Of a stretch of 64,000 nt of DNA, positions 20,343-28,963 are shown one piece after another. Origin of the DNA: an uncultured Bacteriovoracaceae bacterium (GTDB lineage Bacteria > Bdellovibrionota > UBA2428); the NCBI GenBank assembly GCA_964609695.1, contig CAZSSP010000004.1, positions 47,090-111,089 on the forward strand, in the 5' to 3' direction. Both the position numbers and the translations under genes were made by a program. Under the pieces are notes generated by a model. It did not search any database. It was not told the origin of the DNA and worked only from the letters and a program-made list of their open reading frames with translations. Positions within the stretch are counted from its first letter, which is position 1; every line of letters begins with the position of its first letter.

Positions 20343-21842
20343 ATGGGAACTTATGTTTTAGCCATTGATCAAGGAACAACATCTTCTAGAGCAATTCTTT
20401 ATAATAATTCCTTTGAGGTGATTGGAGTTGGACAGCATCCTTTCCCTCAAATTTATCCCAAAGCAGGTTGGGTAGAACATAATTTAGAGGACATTTGGCT
20501 CAGTGTTAAAAAATCTATTGAAGATGCCATAAGACAATCGACAGACAAAAATTTCAGTCCTGATAAAATTCAAGCTATTGGAATTACAAATCAAAGAGAA
20601 ACTTTTGGTCTTTGGTCTCGTGAAGATTCAAAACCCATTTCCAACGCCGTTGTGTGGCAATGTAATAGAAGTGAAGAGTTTTGTTCAAAATTAAAGAAGA
20701 AACCCATAGCAAAATATATAGAGAAAAAGACGGGGTTAAAAATATCTCCATACTTTTCAGGAACAAAACTGTCCTTTGAACTTAATAGAAGCGTTAAAGC
20801 TCAAGCATTAGCTAAAGAAGGAAAACTTTGTTTTGGAAATATAGACACGTTTCTTCTTTGGAAACTAAGCGGAGGAAAAAGTTTTGCAACAGACATAAGC
20901 AATGCCTCAAGAACATTGTTGATGGATCTTGAAACGGAGTCTTGGGATTTGAAAATTTTAAAAGAATTAAAAGTTCCTAAAAACATCCTTCCCGAAATAA
21001 AAGCTTCGGACGCAGTTTTTGGTAGCACCTTGGGCTTAGATTTTTTACCAGATAATATTCCAATTTGCGGTATTTTGGGCGATCAACAAGCAGCACTTTT
21101 TGGTCAGGCGTGTTTTGCTAAAGGAGAAGGCAAAATTACATATGGAACAGGTGCTTTCATGCTCATTAATACTGGAGAAAAAAAATATAGCACTAAAAGT
21201 GGAGTGACCACTGTCGCGTGGAAAATTAAGGGAAAAACTGTTTTCGCCGTTGAAGCTTCAGTTTTTATAGCGGGAGCAGCCGTTCAATTTTTAAGAGATA
21301 ATTTAAAAATAATTGAAAGTAGCTCTGAGATTGAATCTTTAGCTTCTAGCGTTGAAAATTCTGATGGTGTATTTTTTATTCCAGCTTTAACGGGATTGGG
21401 CTCTCCTTATTGGCGACCAGAAGCCAAAGGCTTGCTCGGTGGACTAACAAGACGCACTTCAAGGGCACATATTGCGAGAGCCTGCTTAGAGGGAATCGTT
21501 TTATCTGTGGCCGATGTATTTTCAGAATTGCTAAAAGATTCTAAATCTAAAATTAAAAAAATTAGAGTTGATGGCGGCGCCTCAAAAAACGCACTCCTTA
21601 TGCAAGAACAAGCTGATATGCTTCAAGTAAAAATTGAGAGACCCAAAGATGTAGAAAGCACTGTTCGGGGGGCTGCATATGTGGCGGCATTAGGATCTGG
21701 AATGCTAAAAAATCAAAAAGATCTTTTAGCTTTTTCTGAAACTGATAAAACGTGGACGTCAAAATCTTCGCGCAAAGAATCAAATGCTAAGTTTTTAGTT
21801 TGGAAAAGAAGAGTTAAAGCGCTTTTGTCTGGAGCTTTTTAG
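20343..21842 (+). CDS. glpK: Glycerol kinase
   Basis: AIDQGTTSSRAI, GITNQRETF, GDQQAALFGQ, 499 aa. Confidence 0.95.
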   Translation: MGTYVLAIDQGTTSSRAILYNNSFEVIGVGQHPFPQIYPKAGWVEHNLEDIWLSVKKSIEDAIRQSTDKNFSPDKIQAIGITNQRETFGLWSREDSKPISNAVVWQCNRSEEFCSKLKKKPIAKYIEKKTGLKISPYFSGTKLSFELNRSVKAQALAKEGKLCFGNIDTFLLWKLSGGKSFATDISNASRTLLMDLETESWDLKILKELKVPKNILPEIKASDAVFGSTLGLDFLPDNIPICGILGDQQAALFGQACFAKGEGKITYGTGAFMLINTGEKKYSTKSGVTTVAWKIKGKTVFAVEASVFIAGAAVQFLRDNLKIIESSSEIESLASSVENSDGVFFIPALTGLGSPYWRPEAKGLLGGLTRRTSRAHIARACLEGIVLSVADVFSELLKDSKSKIKKIRVDGGASKNALLMQEQADMLQVKIERPKDVESTVRGAAYVAALGSGMLKNQKDLLAFSETDKTWTSKSSRKESNAKFLVWKRRVKALLSGAF

Positions 21843-22120
21843 AAGTTATAAACGTTGTCGCAAGTGTTTTTTTGAGTATCTATTGCCGTTGAGTATGCGG
21901 GAACAACTCCAGCTAAAGCCTTAAGTCCATCATAACAATCTTGAGTATTAGTGCATCCGCCGGGAGATTGAATTCTTGGACCCATATAACAGACCCAAAC
22001 ATCGTAAACAGTTATTCTAACTGCCCAGAATAAAAAGCCAAAAATGGCTGCGCAAATCATAACGACTAAGACGTATTCTAAGGCAGCCTGCCCAGCGCGT
22101 TGACGCTTGGACCGCAGCAT
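21839..22120 (-). CDS. Flp/TadE-like (type IVb, class III signal) prepilin-like small protein with a Cys-containing C-terminal domain
   Basis: MLRSKRQRAG|QAALEYVLVVMICAAIFGFLF matches the G/XXXXEY prepilin-peptidase site followed by a hydrophobic helix. The tracked ORF extends to 22183, but the internal ATG at 22120 gives a typical 10-aa leader. Confidence 0.55.
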   Translation of the reverse strand: MLRSKRQRAGQAALEYVLVVMICAAIFGFLFWAVRITVYDVWVCYMGPRIQSPGGCTNTQDCYDGLKALAGVVPAYSTAIDTQKNTCDNVYNF

Positions 22121-22183
22121 TATGCGGCTTTTTTGGCACGAAGTAGATGGATACCTCTTAGGAAAATCGTTACAATTTTTCAT

Positions 22184-22879
22184 ATGTCTTCAAATACTCA
22201 TCGGAAGAAAAATACTTTGATTAACTTTCAGAAGATGGGTGTCGTATTATTTTCTCCGAAAAAGGTCGATCAGGAAGAGTTGGATAGAGTTTCTGTGTTG
22301 ATTTGTCCAAGAGATATTCGCGATGTTAATGAATTTGTTGCGGTTTCTGAGTGGGCAGCTTTAACGCAAACCCCCATATATTGCATTAATACCCTCAAAG
22401 CACGCCTTAAAAATGAGGGTTTTGGCGATTATAGAGTTCATTCTATTAGCCCCTATCAGCAAATACATATGTATGGTGGAACTTTAGAGTTTATTCCTGT
22501 TAAAAAAACAGAGAAGTTTTTGTTTTTTAATAGAAAAATTGAGCCTGAATATTTCCATATTCTTCTAAAGCCCTTTGGTGAAGATCCTGTTTTATATCTG
22601 TCCACGCCACAAATCACTTCTGAGGATTTGGCGGTTTGTAAAAATTTGAATGTTCGTTTTTTTGCAGACAAAGAAGTGCAAAAAGAAGAGGCTTGGGCTT
22701 CTTTAGAGAAACTTTTAGGAAAGCCTATTGAGTATGCCTCGTTTGAAGTAGAAAAGAAGCAAAAGAAGAGCACATGGAAAGCCAAGAAATTGCAGCAACA
22801 TATTTTGGAAAAGCAGGAAGAGGTTCAGGATCTAGTGGAAAAAACTCTTCCGGAAAAAACCATCGTAGTTTCCGAGTAA
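22184..22879 (+). CDS. Hypothetical protein (cytoplasmic, Lys/Glu-rich C-terminus)
   Basis: ORF open 22100-22879; the ATG at 22184 (MSSNTHRKK) is the likely start. No family recognised. The 3' end overlaps the next ORF by 106 nt. Confidence 0.5.
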   Translation: MSSNTHRKKNTLINFQKMGVVLFSPKKVDQEELDRVSVLICPRDIRDVNEFVAVSEWAALTQTPIYCINTLKARLKNEGFGDYRVHSISPYQQIHMYGGTLEFIPVKKTEKFLFFNRKIEPEYFHILLKPFGEDPVLYLSTPQITSEDLAVCKNLNVRFFADKEVQKEEAWASLEKLLGKPIEYASFEVEKKQKKSTWKAKKLQQHILEKQEEVQDLVEKTLPEKTIVVSE

Positions 22880-23415
22880 TTTATAGTTTTGGACTTCTTG
22901 TTGTTTTAGTGGTTCTTGTTTATGCATTTTTCCCAATTTTTTTTAGTGATGGCACTAAAACGTCTTATTTTTTACACAAAGGAATTCCCACCGCAAAAAT
23001 AACAAGTGCCTCTGGTGAAAGTTTGAGTTTTGAAGAATTAATATCGCAGCAAAAAGCGAGCATGATATTGGTTAATTTTTTTGCGACCTGGTGCGAGCCT
23101 TGTTTAAGGGAGCTTCCTCTCTTGAATAGAGCTAAGGACATTGCTCTTAAAAAGGATCGAGATATATTGTTGATAAATTACGATGGAGGAATGCCTGAAA
23201 AAACTCGAAATCAGGTAGCTGCTTGGTCCATTTCCGAAAATTTAAATTTTAATGTTTTTTTTGATTTTGAAGAGGCGTTATTAAAGCAATTAGGGGTCGA
23301 GGGCCTGCCTTTTAGTATGATAATTGGACGCCAAAAGCAGCAAGTGCTTTGGGTTAAGACTGGTGAACTTAGGGAAAAGGATATCCAATTTTTCCTAAAT
23401 GAAGAAGGTTTTTAA
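22774..23415 (+). CDS. TlpA/ResA-like thiol-disulfide oxidoreductase (thioredoxin fold), membrane anchored
   Basis: TM LLVVLVVLVYAFFPIFF and thioredoxin motif FFATWCEPCLRELP. Size and architecture are typical of periplasmic TlpA-family reductases. Confidence 0.8.
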   Translation: MESQEIAATYFGKAGRGSGSSGKNSSGKNHRSFRVIYSFGLLVVLVVLVYAFFPIFFSDGTKTSYFLHKGIPTAKITSASGESLSFEELISQQKASMILVNFFATWCEPCLRELPLLNRAKDIALKKDRDILLINYDGGMPEKTRNQVAAWSISENLNFNVFFDFEEALLKQLGVEGLPFSMIIGRQKQQVLWVKTGELREKDIQFFLNEEGF

Positions 23416-23448
23416 AAGAAACAGACCCTTTGCTCTAATTTACAAAAA

Positions 23449-23787
23449 TTAAGGGCAATAATAAGTGACCTGACTCGTGCTTCCATTCCAATCGTAAGCT
23501 TCGCAATGAACATAACGATTCTGGGAAACTTCCCAACGGCAACCTTTATCTCCAGTGGCTTGGCAAGATATGCTTTGTCCATTCCAGCAATCTGTTCTGG
23601 CCCAACATGTGTATCCGTTGTTATGAAGAATGTTGCTATCGGTGCTGTTTCCAAATTCTCCCTCGCTAAGTCCGTTAGGCGTATTTGTTTTTACTTTAAA
23701 AGGTAAGCCTGACTTAGCTTCGGGTAGTTTCGCATGTGCAAACGAAGATATAAAAAACCCCATTAGAATAACAGATAAATATTTCAT
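23449..23787 (-). CDS. Small secreted Cys/Trp-rich protein (6 Cys in the roughly 93-aa mature part)
   Basis: GGAGG SD and signal peptide MKYLSVILMGFFISSFAHA. Cys pattern C-x6-C-x7-C-x7-C-x11-C-x17-C. No family recognised. Confidence 0.65.
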   Translation of the reverse strand: MKYLSVILMGFFISSFAHAKLPEAKSGLPFKVKTNTPNGLSEGEFGNSTDSNILHNNGYTCWARTDCWNGQSISCQATGDKGCRWEVSQNRYVHCEAYDWNGSTSQVTYYCP

Positions 23788-23843
23788 TGTTGCTCCTCCA
23801 ATAAAACACGCTAAAGAGAGGAGGCGGATATGTCTACGGCTTG

Positions 23844-24494
23844 TTAAGAGTTCTTTAAGTTGAGAATAGCTTGCTTATAATCGGGTTGGGAAAAAACAGC
23901 TGAACCCGCAACTAAAATATCAACGCCATATTGTTTTGCTGTTCTTGCAGTTGCTGGAGTTACTCCCCCATCTATTTGAACGGGGATTGATCCGAAGCCC
24001 TTTTTATTGAGCCAGGTTTTGAGTTCTTTGGTTTTTTCTAATGCTGCAGGAATAAGCTTTTGACCGCCGAAACCAGGGTTAACGGTCATGGAAAGTATTA
24101 AATCAACATCAGAAAGGACCCATTCTAGTGCTTCAAAAGGAGTGGCGGGATTGATAGAAACTCCGGCCTTGCATCCATTGGCTCGAATATGTTGAAGGGT
24201 TCTTTGTAAATGTGGGCATGTTTCTTGATGGACCGTAATAAAGTGCGCCCCAGCCTTAGCAAAATCTTCTACCAAAGTATCGGGATTGCTAACCATTAGA
24301 TGGCAATCTAGAAGAGTTTTTACATCTTTTTTAATTGAGCTAACAATGGGCGGACCAAGGGTTAGATTTGGAACAAAATGACCGTCCATGACATCGACAT
24401 GAATTCCATCGGCTCCAGCAGCTTCAACCGCAGTTATTTCTTCTCGAAGCCTGCCAAAATCACATGATAAAAGAGACGGATAAACCTTAATCAT
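23844..24494 (-). CDS. rpe: Ribulose-phosphate 3-epimerase
   Basis: PSLLSCDF, HVDVMDGHFVPN, MTVNPGFGGQ. Confidence 0.95.
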   Translation of the reverse strand: MIKVYPSLLSCDFGRLREEITAVEAAGADGIHVDVMDGHFVPNLTLGPPIVSSIKKDVKTLLDCHLMVSNPDTLVEDFAKAGAHFITVHQETCPHLQRTLQHIRANGCKAGVSINPATPFEALEWVLSDVDLILSMTVNPGFGGQKLIPAALEKTKELKTWLNKKGFGSIPVQIDGGVTPATARTAKQYGVDILVAGSAVFSQPDYKQAILNLKNS

Positions 24495-25501
24495 TTAATT
24501 GAAAATTTAGTGACCTTTAAGCTTTTCTGTCCAGTCTTAGAAAGTAAATTTTGGAAAATAATAAAAGCGGGTGAAACTTTAGAAGCAGGAATTTGAACTT
24601 TTTTTAATTGAATTGATCCATCAGAGCAGCCTAAAAAGACTTTTTTATCTTCAACAATGAGTTCGCCTGGGCGAATTCTTCTATTGCTAGTATCAATTTC
24701 AGCTTCGTTCATAATAATAAAATCAGGAAGATGGGGAGATTTTTCGTAATTTTCTAAAGATACGCACGCGCGAACTCCAGGCCAAACTTCGAAAGCAGCT
24801 ATGCGTCCAAGACTTTGATTTTGAGTCCAGCTCGAATCCCAAAAACCTTCTTCTTTTGTAATTTTTTGAGCAAAACTGACGTTTTTAGGGTCCTGAGGAA
24901 GGCTTGGAGGTAATTGTCCACTGGTGGATAACTTGTGGATAAAGTCTTTAACAAGATTTGCACCAAGTTCGCTTAAGCAAACACTAAGAGTGGAAGCTTT
25001 TGCCGAGTTTTCTATAGGAATCCTAGTTTCGCTAAAGACTTCGCCAGCATCTAACTCCATAATCATCTTTTGAAGCGAAACACCTGTTTCTTTATCGCGA
25101 GCCTCTAGAGCTCGTTGAATGGGGGCCGCCCCTCTCCATTTAGGCAATAAACTTGCATGAACATTAATTGAGGCAAATTTAGGAATATCTAAAATTTTTT
25201 GAGGTAAAAGATTTCCATAAGCTACAACAACAAAAATATCGGGTTTCACTTTTTCAAAAAAATTTAAAAGCGACTTAAGTTCATCAGATTCTTTTTTTAA
25301 ACTTGAAGGACTATATACAGTGTGACCTAATTCTAGTGCCAATTTTTTGACGTCACATGGAAGAACTTGTTGTTTTCGTCCGCGGGCTTTGTCGGGTTGA
25401 GTAATTACAGCAAGGAGCTCCGTGTTTTCGTGGACAACTCTTAAAGTAGGAAGTGAAAATTCAGGAGTACCAAAGAAGCAGGTCTTCAGCTTTTGGGTCA
25501 T
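24491..25501 (-). CDS. fmt: Methionyl-tRNA formyltransferase
   Basis: FFGTPEFSLPTL, NVHASLLPKWRGAAPIQRA. Sits downstream of def in the usual def-fmt order. Confidence 0.93.
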   Translation of the reverse strand: MTQKLKTCFFGTPEFSLPTLRVVHENTELLAVITQPDKARGRKQQVLPCDVKKLALELGHTVYSPSSLKKESDELKSLLNFFEKVKPDIFVVVAYGNLLPQKILDIPKFASINVHASLLPKWRGAAPIQRALEARDKETGVSLQKMIMELDAGEVFSETRIPIENSAKASTLSVCLSELGANLVKDFIHKLSTSGQLPPSLPQDPKNVSFAQKITKEEGFWDSSWTQNQSLGRIAAFEVWPGVRACVSLENYEKSPHLPDFIIMNEAEIDTSNRRIRPGELIVEDKKVFLGCSDGSIQLKKVQIPASKVSPAFIIFQNLLSKTGQKSLKVTKFSIK

Positions 25502-26058
25502 TTTTGATTCTTTTTATATTTAGCTAACAGGATGCTTCTAGAAAGTGCATTGAGATGGTCAAAGAAGAGCACTCCATTGAGATGATCAATTTCGTGTTGA
25601 AGTACAATGGCTCTTAGATCAGAAGCTTCAATTTCCTTTTTAGAACCAAACTCATCTTGGTATTTAACAGTTACTTTTGCTGAACGCTTTACCATTCCAT
25701 AAACACCAGGAATTGATAAACATCCCTCTTCGTATTCAGTGTCGCCTTCGTGTTTGATGATTTCTGGGTTCAAATAAAACTCAGGCTTAGAGTGCTTTTT
25801 TCTGTCTCTACGATTTTCTCTTTCAACTTCTTGGTCGGAACTGGATTCTTGAGACTCATCAACATGGCCAATGTCTATGACAAGAGCTCTTTTCATAAAG
25901 GCAACTTGAACGCCTGCCAATCCAATACCACCCGCTTCATGCATAGTTTCAAGCATGTTTTGAAGAGTCTTTCTTAATGCATCATCAAAAACGTCGATAC
26001 TTTCGCTTTTTCTACGAAGTAAAGGATCGGGATGTTTTATAATTTCAAGTAGAGCCAC
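25498..26058 (-). CDS. def: Peptide deformylase, with a charged insertion of about 20 aa
   Basis: Motifs GIGLAGVQV, EGCLS and HEIDH. Extra segment HVDESQESSSDQEVERENRRDRKKHSKP lies between motif 1 and the LNPE strand. Confidence 0.93.
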   Translation of the reverse strand: MALLEIIKHPDPLLRRKSESIDVFDDALRKTLQNMLETMHEAGGIGLAGVQVAFMKRALVIDIGHVDESQESSSDQEVERENRRDRKKHSKPEFYLNPEIIKHEGDTEYEEGCLSIPGVYGMVKRSAKVTVKYQDEFGSKKEIEASDLRAIVLQHEIDHLNGVLFFDHLNALSRSILLAKYKKNQK

Positions 26059-26065
26059 AGCTCAA

Positions 26066-26938
26066 TTATCTAATACCCATGCCCGCTCGCTTCAAGCGAG
26101 GAATGTTGGTCCACATACTTACAAAGGCCTTTAAATGGCTAATAATTGCAGGTACTAGAGGTTGCTGCATTTCATAGGCCGCTAATGGAAGTGACATCCA
26201 AATCATGACAGCTTTACCTTTGATATATTTTCGCTCTACAAAGCCAAAATAACGGCTATCGGAACTATGGTCGCGATTATCGCCCATCATAAAATACATT
26301 CCTTCTGGCACGGTGAAGGGGCAAACTTCATTGAGAGCGAGAGGATCTAACAATGTATTGTAAGCTTGGCCAATTTCGATACAGTCGCGACCCGTTCTTG
26401 CAAAAAGTTGTTGTTTAAAGTCGGGTAAATACTCAAGCCTATCATTATCGCGCTGTACCCAGTGAGGTGTGTATTTGGAGCCAGGAATAAATTCCTTCAA
26501 AGAAAATTCGCTTTCAGAGGGTTCGTGTCCTGGGATTCTTAGAGTGTCAGCTCGAGGTGACATGGCTTGCTCAACAATTTGACCATTTATTAAAGGAACG
26601 CCACCGCGAACTTCTACTCGATCACCAGCAATAGCGAGTAAGCGCTTAATGTAGAATTTTCCTTTGTTTTCATCATCTCGTGGATATTCAAAAACAATGA
26701 CATCTCCACGCTGAGGGTCGGACACTTTAATTAGAGGAACGTTCGAAAATGGAAGCCGAATATCGTAAGCGCTTTTAGAGACAAAGAGGTGATCTCCAAT
26801 TAAAAGAGTGGGAATCATGCTTCCAGATGGAATTTTAAAGGGTTCAACTACGGCCCATCTAAGAAATAAAATTAAGGCAATAAGCCAAATAACCGAAAGT
26901 CTCTCAAGGTTTTTATTGACATGTTTTTTATTGCCCAT
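26066..26938 (-). CDS. lepB: Signal peptidase I
   Basis: Catalytic Ser box SGSMIPTL, Lys box YIKRLLAIAGD, GDNRDHSSDSR. Confidence 0.93.
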   Translation of the reverse strand: MGNKKHVNKNLERLSVIWLIALILFLRWAVVEPFKIPSGSMIPTLLIGDHLFVSKSAYDIRLPFSNVPLIKVSDPQRGDVIVFEYPRDDENKGKFYIKRLLAIAGDRVEVRGGVPLINGQIVEQAMSPRADTLRIPGHEPSESEFSLKEFIPGSKYTPHWVQRDNDRLEYLPDFKQQLFARTGRDCIEIGQAYNTLLDPLALNEVCPFTVPEGMYFMMGDNRDHSSDSRYFGFVERKYIKGKAVMIWMSLPLAAYEMQQPLVPAIISHLKAFVSMWTNIPRLKRAGMGIR

Positions 26939-26959
26939 TTTTGGCTACAATAGCAGATA

Positions 26960-28048
26960 GTGTTTAGATTTGGAATTTTAGCGCGCTATATTATAGAGGA
27001 AGTTTTAAAACTTCTGTTTCCTATATGGTTTGGTCTAAGTTTTGTAATTTTTTTAATTGAATGGTTGGCTTGGGTGTTCAGGCTTCCGGCCGATGCCATT
27101 ACTGTTTTGCAATTATATGTTGCAAAAATTCCTTCATATATGCAGCTAGTCTTCCCGGCTGCAGTATTATTAAGCAGTTTAATTGTGCTTGGGGCTATGA
27201 ATCGGAGTCTTGAAGTTGTTGCGGTTCAGGCTATGGGTTCACGCCGTAGATCTATTCTCTTTCCTCTTTTTGCAGCGATTATTATTGCGAGTGCTCCCTA
27301 TTATCTCGTGGCTACATATATTGCTCCTATGGGATTAAGGGCTCATTACACAATTTACGACACTAAAGTGATGGGTCAGGCTTCAAGGTTTTCACAAGTT
27401 AGGCAAGAGAAGATTTGGTATCGAAACCAAGACATTTTATACAACGTGGGCTTTTTTGATCCTTTTAAACAAGAGCTCTACGATGTGACTCTTTATACTT
27501 TTGATGAAAATTTTTATATTTCGCAAACCATTAGTGCAAAAAGAGCCCGATGGGTGGGGACTTATTGGGAGCTCTTTGACGGAGTGGTGATGCTGACCGA
27601 TAAAAACATTGAAGCTCCAATGAGCCAATCCTTTGATAAAAGAACAACGCGACTTATTGAAAATCCAAAAAACTTAAAACGCTTTGAGTTTAACGCCGAC
27701 ACTATGACTCAAGTACAATTAGGGCAAAACATTAAAAAATATAAAAGTCTCGGTATTAATACAGCAGAGTGGGAAGTTATATTTCATGGTCGATTAAGCT
27801 TTATGCTCATATCTTTTGTTTTTATTTTGTTGGCCTTTCCTAGAACATTAAAGTTTTCAAGAACGGGCTCTCCCGCCTTAGACGGCGTTTTTGTTGGAGT
27901 TATATGTTTGGTTTATTGGTTGATTTATAGTTTCTCCATGCAGATGGGGATGGAATCAAGAATACATCCGGTATTAGCAGCGTGGGCCCCATCCATATTA
28001 TTTTTGCTTGGAATTATATTCTATAACCGCAGACAACTCGCATATTAA
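26960..28048 (+). CDS. LptF/LptG family LPS export permease (YjgP/YjgQ)
   Basis: RYIIEEVLKLLFPIW N-terminus, 6-TM layout with a central periplasmic domain, 362 aa. GTG start. Confidence 0.8.
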   Translation: MFRFGILARYIIEEVLKLLFPIWFGLSFVIFLIEWLAWVFRLPADAITVLQLYVAKIPSYMQLVFPAAVLLSSLIVLGAMNRSLEVVAVQAMGSRRRSILFPLFAAIIIASAPYYLVATYIAPMGLRAHYTIYDTKVMGQASRFSQVRQEKIWYRNQDILYNVGFFDPFKQELYDVTLYTFDENFYISQTISAKRARWVGTYWELFDGVVMLTDKNIEAPMSQSFDKRTTRLIENPKNLKRFEFNADTMTQVQLGQNIKKYKSLGINTAEWEVIFHGRLSFMLISFVFILLAFPRTLKFSRTGSPALDGVFVGVICLVYWLIYSFSMQMGMESRIHPVLAAWAPSILFLLGIIFYNRRQLAY

Positions 28049-28115
28049 TATTAGATTTAGGTGAGACAGTTTTTGTCTATTGTGCCTATTTAAAAGCGGC
28101 CTCATTCTGTTTGTA

Positions 28116-28952
28116 ATGGAAACAAAGCAACGTAGGAAAATAAAACTAGCTGTAATTTCAGACGTTCACCTTGGGACATTTAGTTGTCATGCCGAGGAGT
28201 TATTAAATTATTTGAAAAGCATCCATCCCGAGTGCCTAGTGATCAACGGAGATTTTATAGATATTTGGCAGTTTAGAAAAAGATATTGGCCCATTGCCCA
28301 CATGAAAGTTATTCAGGAAGTTCTAGCGTTAATGTCTATGGGGACTCGAGTTTATTATCTCACGGGAAACCACGATGAAATGCTAAGAAAATTTAGTGAT
28401 TGGGAGAATGGAAATTTTATTTTACAAGACAAGCTTGTGTTAGAAATTGACGGAAGAAAAGCATGGTTTTTTCATGGAGATGTATTTGACTCTGCCGTCA
28501 ATCAAGCGAAGTTTTTGGCAAACCTTGGAGGACACGGTTACGACTTCTTGGCTTGGCTCAATAGGGTCATAAATAAATCTTTAAAACTTATTGGTCGACC
28601 AAGGTTGACTCTATCTAAGAAAATTAAAATGGGTATTAAGGCTGCAGTTTCTCATATTAGCCGCTTTGAATCTGTGATTGCGGAAATAGCGGCTGGAAAA
28701 AAATATGATTATGTTATTTGCGGACACATACACCATCCCGAAATAAAATTTATTGTTAGCGAGAAGCACTCTAAGCGAGTCTTGTATTTGAATTCTGGAG
28801 ATTGGATAGAAAACCTGAGTGCTTTAGAATACAACGAGGGTTTTTGGTCGATTTATTCTTATTATGCCGACATTCCCATTGCGCCTCTGAATTTAGATCA
28901 TCATGTTGAAGGTGAAATTAACAATGTCGTTAATATATTTATGCCAGCATAA
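28116..28952 (+). CDS. LpxH-like metallophosphoesterase (UDP-2,3-diacylglucosamine diphosphatase family)
   Basis: ISDVHLG, NGDFIDIW, TGNHD, CGHIH. The tracked ORF starts at 28080; the ATG at 28116 (METKQRRK) is more plausible. Confidence 0.75.
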   Translation: METKQRRKIKLAVISDVHLGTFSCHAEELLNYLKSIHPECLVINGDFIDIWQFRKRYWPIAHMKVIQEVLALMSMGTRVYYLTGNHDEMLRKFSDWENGNFILQDKLVLEIDGRKAWFFHGDVFDSAVNQAKFLANLGGHGYDFLAWLNRVINKSLKLIGRPRLTLSKKIKMGIKAAVSHISRFESVIAEIAAGKKYDYVICGHIHHPEIKFIVSEKHSKRVLYLNSGDWIENLSALEYNEGFWSIYSYYADIPIAPLNLDHHVEGEINNVVNIFMPA

Positions 28953-28963
28953 TTTTTAATGCT

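Noticed and set aside
22121-22183. N-terminal extensions of both divergent ORFs (minus ORF to 22183, plus ORF from 22100) that would make them overlap head-to-head
   Set aside because: Internal ATGs at 22120 (giving a typical short prepilin leader) and 22184 remove the overlap. The extensions have no recognisable features. The starts remain uncertain.
24923-24942. Tandem DnaA-box-like 9-mers (GGTGGATAA and the perfect TGTGGATAA) 2 nt apart
   Set aside because: They lie in the middle of the fmt coding sequence, with no AT-rich unwinding element or further boxes nearby. About one perfect 9-mer is expected by chance in 64 kb on both strands, and oriC is expected near dnaA, upstream of this window.
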